Assembly (NCBI GenBank): GCA_963790875.1
Contig: CAWBQT010000008.1
Coordinates: forward strand, 295,792 to 359,791
Length of the DNA: 64,000 nt
Direction: 5' to 3'
DNA from: an uncultured Alphaproteobacteria bacterium
GTDB taxonomy: Bacteria; Pseudomonadota; Alphaproteobacteria; ATCC43930; CGMCC-115725
Both the position numbers and the translations under genes were made by a program. A model generated the notes under the pieces. The model saw nothing but the letters and a program-made list of their open reading frames with translations. It was not told the origin of the DNA and ran no database searches. This document shows, piece after piece, positions 42,961 to 52,328 of the stretch (its first letter is position 1; each line of letters begins with the position of its first letter).

Positions 42961-43200
42961 TTACGGATGGACGATCTCACCGGGCAGCACCTGCTGCCCG
43001 GAAAATCGTTGGAGCCAGTTTCGCGCGGCATCCTCGGCGGAAAATCCATCCGCCGGCGAGCATCTGACCTGTCGCCCCGATTTCTGGGCGCCGACGACAG
43101 CATGGTTCCATGGTCTGTCGTCAGTCATTGGCCCCTCGACGGAAAACGTACCATTATCCCCGTCAGTAATGATTAGATAGAACGACTGTTCTCTGGGCAT
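42961..43200 (-). CDS. small hypothetical protein
   Basis: 79-aa ORF MPREQSFYLIITDGDNGTFSVEGPMTDDRPWNHAVV... with protein-like composition. Lies immediately upstream of 42944. Confidence 0.5.
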   Translation of the reverse strand: MPREQSFYLIITDGDNGTFSVEGPMTDDRPWNHAVVGAQKSGRQVRCSPADGFSAEDAARNWLQRFSGQQVLPGEIVHP

Positions 43201-44099
43201 GTTCCTATCTCTTTGCTGCAGACACCCTTTCTTCGCGGAGGTACCTTGTGGCGCGGCATGATCGTCGTCGCCAACTCCTTTGTATCGGGCCCTTTGGGAA
43301 ACTCGCCAAAAACATTGGGATTGAGCGCCGCTACGGCTGCGTTTTAATCGGCACCTAGGCGCGAGCTACGCATGACACGACTGCTCGAGCGGGATGGTCG
43401 CCCCGCGATCGAGATCGAGAGCCGCGACGGCGCCATTCTCGGGCGCTCCGGCGCGAGCGTCACCGAGCCTCTTCCGCTGGTGGGCGTCGGCCCGTTTCAC
43501 AAAGCCACCGGCGCGGCTATCAGCCAAAGAGATGTACATCCCGACTAACCTTTCCGAAACTCAGGTCAGCCATTAGATATGGTGTCGACCTTAAATTCTA
43601 CCAGATCTGATTTGTATCGTCCGAAAATATGAGGCAAACCTTTCCGACGTAATTTTTCTGCTTTCTGTTTTGCTTTCAGCACGCGACGATTACCGTCGGT
43701 GCGGGCAAGAAGAAGGACCGACCTCGATGGTCGCTGCGCACAGCTGCGCCGGGAGATCGAGGAGAAACTGCGGAATAGGACGAGGAGAAGTTGCAGGGGC
43801 CTTCGCGAAACGGGCGCAAGCGTCGCCATCAATTCGTGTCGGCGGCGCAGCCGAATTCGAGTTCAAGGAGCGCAAGGACCGGGGCGATGGCGCTGTGCCT
43901 GCAACCCGGGCAGTAAGAGCCCGAGAACTTCATTTGAAGCCGCTTTTCGTCCTCGCGAGCCGAGGCGCGTGTGGATGACGTTTCCACGACCAGGAGGAGA
44001 GAACATCGGCAAGGCGACGGCTCAAACCCGATATCGGCCAACTCGACCAGATTTTTGTCGCGTCGAACGCCCAGCGGCAGGGGTGGGACGAACTCTGTG

Positions 44100-44445
44100 T
44101 CTCGCCAAACAACAGATGCCAGCCGCGATTTGGACGCGCGGCGGCCGCTACGTCCAAGGCGGCGGCTGCCTGACGATCGGCGTCGGCGGCTTTGTGCAGG
44201 TCAGCAGGTTCGGCAGCTTCTCGCGGCAATACGGAAACCGCCGCGTCGAACCTGCTGGAAGCCGAAATCGTCACAGCCGGCGGCGCGGTCCGCATCGTCA
44301 ATGCCTGCGCCAATGCCGGCCGGTCGAACTGCATTTCCAGAAGGGGCTGGTCGGAGCGTCCGCGCAGGCTGCTGCAGCCGTTCGCAACACGGCGACGAAC
44401 TCCGCCGTTCTCGACGCCTTCGCTCGCGGTTGGCGCTCAATTTCA
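44100..44445 (+). pseudogene. FAD-binding (FAD_binding_4/BBE-like) oxidoreductase remnant
   Basis: GGRYVQGGGCLTIGVGGFVQ..FGSFSRQYG, then NLLEAEIVTAGGAVRIVNA, then VELHFQKGLVGASAQAAAAVRNTATNSAVLDAFA. These lie in three different frames, and most of the ~500-aa protein is missing. Confidence 0.5.
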
Positions 44446-44916
44446 TTAAGTCCCCGTCAAGCACTTCGACATCGGATAGCTCGCGGTTCCGAACATCTGG
44501 CAAGGCGGAAGATCCTCGATGTATCCGGCAGAGCGGTAGAAGCGTCGTGCGGTCTCGGTGCTGTTGAGCGTGCATCGGTCATTCCCGCGCTCGATTGCGC
44601 GCGCTTCCAGTGCCCGCAGCAATGCTCGACTGACACCTTGGAATTTCGAGGCTGGCGACACGTAGTTCAACGTGATCTCGCCCCCCTCGGTAACCGCTCC
44701 GACGCCGACAACGGCTCCGCTTCTCACCGCCAAAACCACCGAATTGCGCGGCAGTGCAATCCACGCTGCGACGATCTCGGGGGTCTTGTTGGCCAGCCAC
44801 CGCGCCAGTATTTCGGGGTCATTGTGATGATCGGCAGCGCATAACTCGGAGATCGATTGCCTGAGCACCGTACACGCGGCTGCGGCGTCAGACGGCTGGG
44901 CATCCCGGATTTCCAT
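44446..44916 (-). CDS. GNAT family N-acetyltransferase
   Basis: 156 aa. VVGVGAVTEGGEITLNYVSPASKFQGVSRALLRALEARAIERG...ARRFYRSAGY. Confidence 0.85.
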   Translation of the reverse strand: MEIRDAQPSDAAAACTVLRQSISELCAADHHNDPEILARWLANKTPEIVAAWIALPRNSVVLAVRSGAVVGVGAVTEGGEITLNYVSPASKFQGVSRALLRALEARAIERGNDRCTLNSTETARRFYRSAGYIEDLPPCQMFGTASYPMSKCLTGT

Positions 44917-44960
44917 GAAGCGCCTTGAGAAGTTTATTCAGCAGTTGTCCGCCGCACCAG

Positions 44961-45340
44961 TCAGCGGTGTTGCCCACGGTTAGAAAATTTCAGGACACCA
45001 CGGCAGGGTTTCCGTACGGAAAATGTCGTCGGCAAGCCAAAACGGCCATAGATCGTGTCCTCGGTGGCCCAGAGATAGGCGACCGGGTCGCCTGCCACGC
45101 GGCAGGCGTCGAGCAAGGCGCGCATCATCGCCCGAAGAAGCCCCCATCGCCGGTGAGTCGGCAAGACCCCGGCGACAGTAACGCCGGCCGCCGGTACCCT
45201 CCCGCGGGGACCGTCAATTGCAGCGGAAACGCCGCCAACCCGCCAACGGTCGACCGCCCTCCGACGCGGCGTAGACACGCTCGACCGGCGGGACGCGGGC
45301 AAATCGCTTCGCCTGGTCTTCATTGGGCGCCGAACGCCCG
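44961..45340 (-). pseudogene. Eis/UPF0256-like GNAT acetyltransferase remnant
   Basis: AFPLQLTVPAGG / VPAAGVTVAGVLPTHRRWGLLRAMMRALLDACRVAGDPVAYLWATEDTIYGRFGL in shifted frames. C-terminal domains are absent. Confidence 0.5.
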
Positions 45341-45520
45341 AAATAGCATCCGATCGGGCTGATGGCCTGCCGGACTTCCTCGCCGAAGCGCAAGGTCGAA
45401 TGTCGACGTCCATGGCGTAATTTCGCTCTCCAGGTCTTCCCGCATCGGCTGTCGGTGTGCGTTAGCCCGGTCCATGCACGAACAAATTCCGTACCACGGT
45501 GGCCGGATGGTTGTGGGCAT

Positions 45521-46414
45521 TCACACCTGGGATTTGCGTTCAGCGATCCAGGACGAAACTTGGTCATAGCAGTGGGCGATATAATACTCGGCAATATCGT
45601 CGGCGGTGGTGTTCCAGACGCCGTCATGGCCGAGAATGTACTGCAGAGCCTGGTCGAGATACTTCGCCGCATTGGGACGCCCGATATTGTGCGGATGAAG
45701 CGACAGGCACATCACGCGCCCGTTTTCTGCACCTTCTCGATAGAGCGTATCGAACTGGTCCTTGATCATTTGTAGGAAGTAATCCGCATCGCAATTCCAG
45801 CTCAACATGCCCGCATCATTTGTCTGGCCAGTATAGGGAACGTAGATGAACTTCTGGCCACCCCTTACGTTGATTGGCCAGGGCTGATCATCGATGATCC
45901 ATGACGTGTGATAGAGACAGCCAGCCTCAGCCATCAGGTCGTCAGTTCTGACGGTGTATCCCGCACCGCCACCCAGCCGTCCTTTCAGACGTTTGCCGGT
46001 CATCTCCTTCAGGTGCGTGATGAAGTCCTGCCAGTAGGCCTGCTCCTGCGCTTCCGTATAGTCGTATATCGGCTGGCTGTTGTAGAGACCGTGGGCCATG
46101 TAGTCCCAGTTGCTGGCGATCATTGCGTCTTTTATTTCTGGAAAATGATCCAGAATCTCAAGATTGAGACAACAGCACGCGCGAACGCTGTTTTGGTTCA
46201 GAACGTCGAGCATGCGCCAGAAGCCCACGCGATTGCCATAGTCCATGCGCGAGTAGTGCGGAATGTCCGGCTGTGTCGGCCGGCTCTCCGGCAGGTACTC
46301 AAAGAACTCCATATTCGGCGCGACCCAGAACGCCAGGCGCGCCTTGTCAGGCCACTTGATGACTGGTCGTTCAGTGATGGGTGCATAGTCGAATCGGCCC
46401 GGCGCGAGAGTCAT
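45521..46414 (-). CDS. polysaccharide deacetylase family protein (PuuE-like)
   Basis: Start at MTLAPGRFDYAPITERPVIKWPDKARLAFWVAPNMEFFEY. Has ...MCLSLHPHNIGRP. Confidence 0.8.
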   Translation of the reverse strand: MTLAPGRFDYAPITERPVIKWPDKARLAFWVAPNMEFFEYLPESRPTQPDIPHYSRMDYGNRVGFWRMLDVLNQNSVRACCCLNLEILDHFPEIKDAMIASNWDYMAHGLYNSQPIYDYTEAQEQAYWQDFITHLKEMTGKRLKGRLGGGAGYTVRTDDLMAEAGCLYHTSWIIDDQPWPINVRGGQKFIYVPYTGQTNDAGMLSWNCDADYFLQMIKDQFDTLYREGAENGRVMCLSLHPHNIGRPNAAKYLDQALQYILGHDGVWNTTADDIAEYYIAHCYDQVSSWIAERKSQV

Positions 46415-46448
46415 ACCGTCGTCTCCGTTCGCCTGCGAGGGGTGTGAA

Positions 46449-47383
46449 TTAGCCTGGCTGCGCCTTGAACCAGTCGATGATCTCGCTACCGGTGGCCTTC
46501 CAAACACCCTCGTAGGCGCTGACGTGGCCAAGCACTTCGTCGAGATGCCGGATGCGCCACGGTTGGCCGATGATCCACGGATGCAGATGCAGCACCATCA
46601 GGCGTCCGGTGGTCGCGCCATCTGCATACAGGCCATCGAACCACTCGCGCCACAGCAGATTGACCTCGTTGATGGTCCGGCGGCCGTGGAGGTGGATGTA
46701 GTTGTCGTCGAGATACGCATGCACTCCGAGCGAGTAGAGCTCCCCCGCCTTCGGCGTCATCTTGTAGGGCTGCTCGTCGTTGCCCCAGTCGCATACGTAG
46801 CGAATACCCTCGGCGGCGAGGAGGTTGGGCGTGTTTGGCGTCTCCTGGAAGTCGGGGCCGGACCAACCAATCGGGCGCTTGCCCGTGGCCTTTTCGACCG
46901 CCTCGATGGAGGCGCGGATGTATTGCCGCTCCTCGTTTGCAGACATGCCGATATGGATGATGCGCCGGCGCGAGAGGCCGTGCGCGACGAACTCGGCATC
47001 GCGCTTCCGGCCTTCATTGATCAGGAACGGGTAGTGATCGGCGACAACCTTATCGAGCGCTAGGGTAGGCTTGATGCGGTACTTGTCCAAAACGGCGAGG
47101 ACGCGAAAGATCCCGACACGGTTGCCGTACTCGTGGTTGCCATAGCCGCCGATGTCGGGAAAGCGGTTGTCCGGCGGGTTTCCGGTCCATAGGCCCTCGG
47201 GGCCCCCCAACGGGCTCACCGCCAGCGGCGTATCGGCTGGCACTTCCCAGTCCCAATGCTCGAGGTTGACGATGACGGCAAAGGCGACGCGGGCGTTGTG
47301 CGGCCACCTCAGAATGGGGCGCGTAACAATCGGGGACCAGCGATAAAACTCCTGGTCCATGCCATAGCTTCGCGTTGCGGGCA
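46449..47383 (-). CDS. polysaccharide deacetylase family protein (PuuE-like), paralogue
   Basis: Start at MPATRSYGMDQEFYRWSPIVTRPILRWPHNARVAFAVIVNLEHW with gggagggg upstream. Has ...MVLHLHPWIIGQPWR. The longer ORF to 48290 is antisense read-through. Confidence 0.8.
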
Positions 47384-47680
47384 TCGTTCCCCTCCCGCTG
47401 CTTTTGTATCGAATTACCGGACGTCGGACTATGACATACAGGGAGACTGCCGCAAATTGCCCCGGCAACGTATCCCGGGGCGGGCGACTGCAACAGGAGG
47501 CGCCTCGCCCCCCGGGAGAGGTGCCGTGAGCATTTTGGATGGGTATAGTCGCACTAACGAAGAGTTGCCGCCGCAGATCGCGATCGATGCACGCCGCAGC
47601 GCGTGCACCTGCACGCGGTCCTGCACATCCGTTGAGGTTCCCAAGTCTCCAGCTGCACCGGTTGCGCCAAGAGGTGAGAT

Positions 47681-47863
47681 GTGGACCAGGCGACGATCGA
47701 ATTTCTGGCGCGCCGCGCCGGACTGGACAAGGCGATGGCGGAATTTCCCGAAGACGTCGCCGCGGCCGCCGAGCAGGCGGGCAGCGCCGTGGCGAAGCTG
47801 AACGCGCCAATCGATCCGCGCGCCGAACCGTGGCCGGCGATGCGGGTCGGGACCGATCTATGA
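47681..47863 (+). CDS. 60-aa ORF translationally coupled to the amidase (possible GatC/AtzG-like small subunit)
   Basis: GTG start 7 nt after gagg. The stop overlaps the amidase ATG (ATGA at 47860-47863). Sequence MDQATIEFLARRAGLDKAMAEFPEDVAAAAEQAGSAVAKLNAPIDPRAEPWPAMRVGTDL. Confidence 0.45.
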   Translation: MDQATIEFLARRAGLDKAMAEFPEDVAAAAEQAGSAVAKLNAPIDPRAEPWPAMRVGTDL

Positions 47864-49254
47864 CCGACCTGCAGTGGATGACGGTGGCGGAGGCGGCACG
47901 CGCTATCGCCAGCCGGGAACTCTCGTCGGTCGAGCTGACGCAAGCGCTGTTGGACCGCATCGAGGCGCTCGATCCGAAGCTGTGTGTCTTTGTCCGCCTT
48001 GACGGGGAGGCGGCGCTCGACGCCGCCAGGGCTGCTGAAGTCGAGATCGCATCTGGGCGCCCGCGAGGGCCCTTGCACGGGGTACCGGTCGGCATCAAAG
48101 ACATTATCGATGTCGCGGGCCTGCCCACGACCTGCCATTCCAAGCTGCTGAGTAATAACGTCGCGACCGCTGACGCCCGGTGCGTTTCACGGCTGCGCGG
48201 CGCCGGTGCCATCGTGCTCGGGAAGCTTGCCACGCACGAATTCGCCATCGGCGGCCCCAGTTTCGATCTTCCCTGGCCGCCGGCACGCAATCCATGGAAT
48301 ACGGATCATCACCCTGGCGGCTCATCGTCGGGCTCCGGCTCGGGCCTCGCGGCCGGCTTGTTCCCGATGGCCTTGGGCAGCGACACCGGCGGCAGCGTAC
48401 GTAACCCGGCAAGCGCCTGCGGAATTGTCGGGCTGAAGCCCACCTACGGCCTCGTGTCGCGCCGCGGCGTCTTTCCGCTTTCTTTTACGCTCGATCATGT
48501 CGGCCCGCTGACGCGCACCGTAGCCGACAATGCGCTGATGCTCGATGTCATCGCCGGGTACGATCCGCTCGATCCCGGCAGCGCCGCGGCACCCGCCGGC
48601 CGTTACGGGTCGAGGCTTGAGCGGGGTGGGCGTGGATTGCGCATCGGGTTCGTCCGCCATTTCCACGAGGTCGACATGCCCGCCGATGGCGAGGTTACGG
48701 CCGCGTTGGAGGAAGTCGCTCACACCTTGCAAAGACTCGGTGCCGAGATCCGCGACGTGCGCCTGCCGGCACTGGAGGAGTTCGGTGCCGTCAACCGTGT
48801 GATCCTGCAAAGCGAGGCCTGGGCGATTCACGGTCCGTGGCTGCGCGAACGGCCCGGCGATTATGGTCAACTGGCGCGCCGCCGTCTGATGGCTGGGGCG
48901 TTCCTGAGTGCCGGGGACTACGTGCAGGCCGCGCGCCGGCGTCTTGCGATGATCGCAGCGGTTGAGGACGCTCTGCGCGATGTCGATGTGCTATTATGCG
49001 CGAGTTCGATGGACCCGCCATGCCGCATCGACAAGCCTGACGACGTCGAGCGCACCTACCCGCGGCAAGCGCGTACGCCGTTCAACGTCACCGGCCACCC
49101 GGCACTTGCGATGATGGCCGGCCTCTCTAGCGGTAGCCTGCCGCTATCGGTTCAGTTTGTTGGCCGTTACTTTGCCGAGTCGACGCTTTTCCAGGTCGCC
49201 CGTGAATGGGAGCGGGCGGCCGGCACAGACGAACGACATCCGCCGATAATCTGA
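47860..49254 (+). CDS. amidase-signature family amidohydrolase (GatA-like)
   Basis: GPLHGVPVGIKDIIDVAGLPTT and GGSSSGSGSGLAAGLFPMALGSDTGGSVRNPASACG. 464 aa. Confidence 0.9.
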   Translation: MTDLQWMTVAEAARAIASRELSSVELTQALLDRIEALDPKLCVFVRLDGEAALDAARAAEVEIASGRPRGPLHGVPVGIKDIIDVAGLPTTCHSKLLSNNVATADARCVSRLRGAGAIVLGKLATHEFAIGGPSFDLPWPPARNPWNTDHHPGGSSSGSGSGLAAGLFPMALGSDTGGSVRNPASACGIVGLKPTYGLVSRRGVFPLSFTLDHVGPLTRTVADNALMLDVIAGYDPLDPGSAAAPAGRYGSRLERGGRGLRIGFVRHFHEVDMPADGEVTAALEEVAHTLQRLGAEIRDVRLPALEEFGAVNRVILQSEAWAIHGPWLRERPGDYGQLARRRLMAGAFLSAGDYVQAARRRLAMIAAVEDALRDVDVLLCASSMDPPCRIDKPDDVERTYPRQARTPFNVTGHPALAMMAGLSSGSLPLSVQFVGRYFAESTLFQVAREWERAAGTDERHPPII

Positions 49255-49259
49255 CTGCA

Positions 49260-49494
49260 TCACCGCGCTCTGCCGGCATCGCCCGCCCATCAACTGCCGG
49301 TAACGCCCCGGGGGATGCCCGTATTTGGCGTGGAAGCGGCGGGTGAACTCGGACAGGTCGTCGAAGCCCATGTCCAGCGCGATGATCTGGGTCAGCGACT
49401 TCCTGCCAGACGATGCGGCGGCGCCGGCCGGCGCCCTCGTCGAACAAGGTGTCGCCGCGCTGCAACGCGCCATGCGAGCGGCCGCATCAGTCAC
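49260..49494 (-). pseudogene. AraC family regulator, C-terminal HTH remnant
   Basis: SLTQIIALDMGFDDLSEFTRRFHAKYGHPPGRYRQLM. No N-terminal domain, and the frame runs into the amidase gene without a proper stop. Confidence 0.5.
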
Positions 49495-49604
49495 CTCGCC
49501 GACGTCGAGCTCCCGGAAAATGCCGCGCCGCCCACGCCGGGTGCGACCGGCGGCTCTGTTGCTGGTCCGGCGCTTTCCCGATAAGTTGCGGGCGGCGATG
49601 CTGT

Positions 49605-49679
49605 TGGGGCGTAGCCAAGTGGCAAGGCAGCGGATTTTGATTCCGCCATTCGGAGGTTCGAATCCTCCCGCCCCAGCCA
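49605..49679 (+). tRNA. tRNA-Gln (anticodon UUG)
   Basis: Manual cloverleaf: TGGGGCG/CGCCCCA acceptor stem, GCGGA-TTTTGAT-TCCGC anticodon arm, GGAGG-TTCGAAT-CCTCC T arm, GCCA 3' end. Confidence 0.92.
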
Positions 49680-49928
49680 GGCTTCAATTCAACTTTGGGA
49701 GCGCATCTTCGAGCTCTCTTCGAGAGCGATCGCCGACGCGCGTTGCAGGAGGCGATTTCGGTGTGGGCGTTCACTGGGCGGGTGACGAAAGGGTCATCCA
49801 TTCATGGCCCACCGACCGCCGGCGGCAGAGCCGCCTAGGCCAAGCGCCTGACACGCGCTGCCTGCCGCCAATAGAACTCTGCCAGCATCGCCCGCATGTT
49901 GGACCCGGGAATCAATTCCGGCAACCAA

Positions 49929-50132
49929 TCAATATCCTTCTCGTTCAAGGCGCTTGCGCAGCATCTTCCGGTGGCGGCGGATCGCTTCGGCAGTCTCGCG
50001 CGTGCGACGCTCCGACGGCTTTTCATAGGATCGGCGCCGCTTCATGTCGCGGAACACGCCCTCCCGCTGCATTTTTTTCTTCAGCACGCGCAGCGCGCTG
50101 TTGATGTCGTTGTCGCGCACGAAGACCTGCAT
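49929..50132 (-). CDS. rpsU: 30S ribosomal protein S21
   Basis: [43 protein letters not shown]... Confidence 0.95.
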   Translation of the reverse strand: MQVFVRDNDINSALRVLKKKMQREGVFRDMKRRRSYEKPSERRTRETAEAIRRHRKMLRKRLEREGY

Positions 50133-50215
50133 AGTCGACCGCCTTTGCTAATCTTCAGCGCTATTTTTGGCGAAAAGGGAAAGCCGCGCTGATCGGGTCC
50201 CCCTCGCGGCCCGAG

Positions 50216-50422
50216 CTAGGCTTGCCGGAGATTGACGGCAGAGGTCTTGCCCTGATTGCCACGCTCGATCTCGAAGCTCAGCCGCTGGCCCTCGTGCAGA
50301 TTGCCGATGCCCGAGCGCTCGACCGCCGAAATGTGGACGAACACATCTTTCGAACCGTCCTCCGGTTGAATAAATCCGTAACCTTTTTGCGTATTGAACC
50401 ATTTAACGGTTCCGGTTGCCAT
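50216..50422 (-). CDS. cspA: cold-shock protein (CspA family)
   Basis: [34 protein letters not shown]. The start was chosen at MATGTV inside ORF 50216..50461. Confidence 0.93.
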   Translation of the reverse strand: MATGTVKWFNTQKGYGFIQPEDGSKDVFVHISAVERSGIGNLHEGQRLSFEIERGNQGKTSAVNLRQA

Positions 50423-51302
50423 AGTCGTCCTTCGAATAACAAAGGGAGCGCCGCCGCTCACGGCGAGCGGCGGGGTCAGAGGACAACACTGAACGGAGAG
50501 CAGGTCCGGCGCTCGATTGCGCTAGGAGGAGCAAGCCGAACGATGAAGAACTCGACTCCCTTCACATAGGGGCCCGCAGCCGCCTTACAAGCGTGGGATC
50601 GGCGTCGCGCCGTCGCGCCCTGGACGGTGGACGGGAAGCGCCGACAGCCAGGCGGTGTGCGCCGGGCACCGGCATCGACGCAAAGACCGAGAGCGGAGCG
50701 GAAAAGCTCGAAACCGAGATCAACAAGGCCGCAGCCTCCGCGAGCTCCGCCAGGCGACACCGCCGTAGCTCGCCAGCCTTCTCGGTTTAGAGCTTGCCTA
50801 CCCCCGGCACCAGCCATGGGCGATGCGGCTGATCCGGCAAAGAGGTTCTCGCCGCCTCAGGGGCCGGAACGGTGCCCGCGCCTGGGATGGCCTCGCCCGG
50901 GTGATCGCCGTCACAGTGGCTCGGCGAAGCCGCGATAAACCATTTCTTGGCGCGATTTGCGCTGTTGTCGTCGAGATAAATGGTCCTCATTGCTGCCCAC
51001 CATTGAGGGTTGCCCCGACAGGATATTCGGATCGTCTCGGCCGGTCGGAGTCCGCCTATCCGACTGCACCGCCGCGAGCCGGCTGGCAGCCGCCCCTGTT
51101 TGAGGATCGCCATGGGCCTTGGTCCATGATCCACGCGACGGCTGGCGCCCTGGATGAGTACGTGGGCGCCAGACCGGGATATACAATCGGAATTCCATTC
51201 GATTTCCCGTCCCGGGAAAATAAACGTTGTAATCGGGCGCGTTTACCCCACTTCCAAACAAAGGCCTCGGTTTTATGAGCGGTTGGCCGGAGGTATTTCC
51301 AG

Positions 51303-51506
51303 TTGGAATCGCCAGAAGTTACGAGGCTGAACAAGGCAGCAGAACTACGTAGCCTTGCCGTATGGTATCGGAATCGGGCCGAGGCCGCCGAAAATCCATC
51401 AATCTGGGAAGGCCGACACCGCACCGCGAACGAGCTCGAAAAGATGGCCACGGCTGCCGAAGCTCGATCGCTGTCTGACGGGTCCGACGAGCAAAACCCG
51501 CGGTAG
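51303..51506 (+). CDS. small hypothetical protein
   Basis: 67-aa ORF (TTG start) ...AAELRSLAVWYRNRAEAAENPSIWEGRHRTANELEKMA. Protein-like, but no family recognised. Confidence 0.35.
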   Translation: MESPEVTRLNKAAELRSLAVWYRNRAEAAENPSIWEGRHRTANELEKMATAAEARSLSDGSDEQNPR

Positions 51507-51692
51507 CGACACGCTGGCTTCGGGCACGGCGATTGGGCATTTCTGCGAATTTGCGACCGGGGATGTGCGGAGTGGCGGCGATCGGTACGGCGGTGGCGGC
51601 GGGCTCGACCGCCGGTCAGGGCGGTTGCCAGCAAGACGCCGCGATCGGCGCTCCTAGCCGAGTGCCGCCGGAGCGGTCGTGCAGGATGGAAC

Positions 51693-52097
51693 ATGACGCT
51701 ACCGGCCCGATTTTCGCTGCTGCATTCCGATCTGAACGATTTTCTGTTCGCCGCTGTGGGCGACGAAGCGAATGGTATGCCGCTCAACGTGGTCTCGGCG
51801 CTGACGCGGCTCGATGTGGATCCCTGGGACGAAGCAGCGCGGCTCTCGACTCTGCCGAAGGCCGTCGCCGTGGCGGCGCTCGCGCCGATGATCGCTCGGT
51901 TGCCGATTTGTCGACAGCCGCGGTCGGACGATTGGGAGATCAGCCGCAGACTGGTGGAGCTGCTGCCGGCGCACGGGCGGGCGGCAGCGCCGGGGAGCCT
52001 GGAGCGGGAAGCCGCGAAGGACAAGCGGCGCCTTCGCCTCGCGATGGTTCTCGTCTGCCTAGTATTCGCGGCGGCCATGCTGGCCGCCATCTGGTAA
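51693..52097 (+). CDS. conserved hypothetical protein with C-terminal TM helix
   Basis: FSLLHSDLNDFLFAAVGDEANGMPLNVVSALTRLDVDPWDEAARL... and terminal LAMVLVCLVFAAAMLAAIW. Resembles a Bradyrhizobiaceae-restricted family from memory. Confidence 0.55.
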   Translation: MTLPARFSLLHSDLNDFLFAAVGDEANGMPLNVVSALTRLDVDPWDEAARLSTLPKAVAVAALAPMIARLPICRQPRSDDWEISRRLVELLPAHGRAAAPGSLEREAAKDKRRLRLAMVLVCLVFAAAMLAAIW

Positions 52098-52328
52098 CTC
52101 GGCCGGGCCCTTCCGCCGGCGCGCTGCGCTACGGCGAGGACGAAAGAATGCGGCCGTTCTTCGTTGACAGGAAAACCCCATGAAATACCTCGTGCCGCCG
52201 ATCGTAATCCCCGTTCTCTTGGTGCTCGGGATTGCCGCCTACGCGCTGCTCAAGCCGCCGACGATCGTCGGCCATCCGTCCGCTGCGGCGGAGAATGCGC
52301 AGCCGCAGCACTAGCGTCGCGCTCGCCA

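Noticed and set aside
43699-44844. 381-aa plus-strand ORF
   Set aside because: It merges an FAD-oxidase fragment with antisense of the GNAT gene at 44446-44916 and is not a coherent protein.
47601-47616. 16-bp palindrome GCGTGCACCTGCACGC in the deacetylase/amidase divergent region
   Set aside because: It is short and GC-rich in a GC-rich genome, with no intact cognate regulator nearby (only an AraC remnant), so there is not enough support to call it an operator.
46449-48290. 613-aa ORF extending the second deacetylase
   Set aside because: The N-terminal ~300 codons are low-complexity and antisense to the amidase gene. A Met with a gggagggg RBS at 47383 gives a protein collinear with the paralogue at 45521-46414.
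52180-52314. 44-codon ORF MKYLVPPIVIPVLLVLGIAAYALLKPP... as a small membrane protein
   Set aside because: It is a hydrophobic, plausible mini-protein, but it has no RBS and no homology that I can verify, and it is too short to support from sequence alone.
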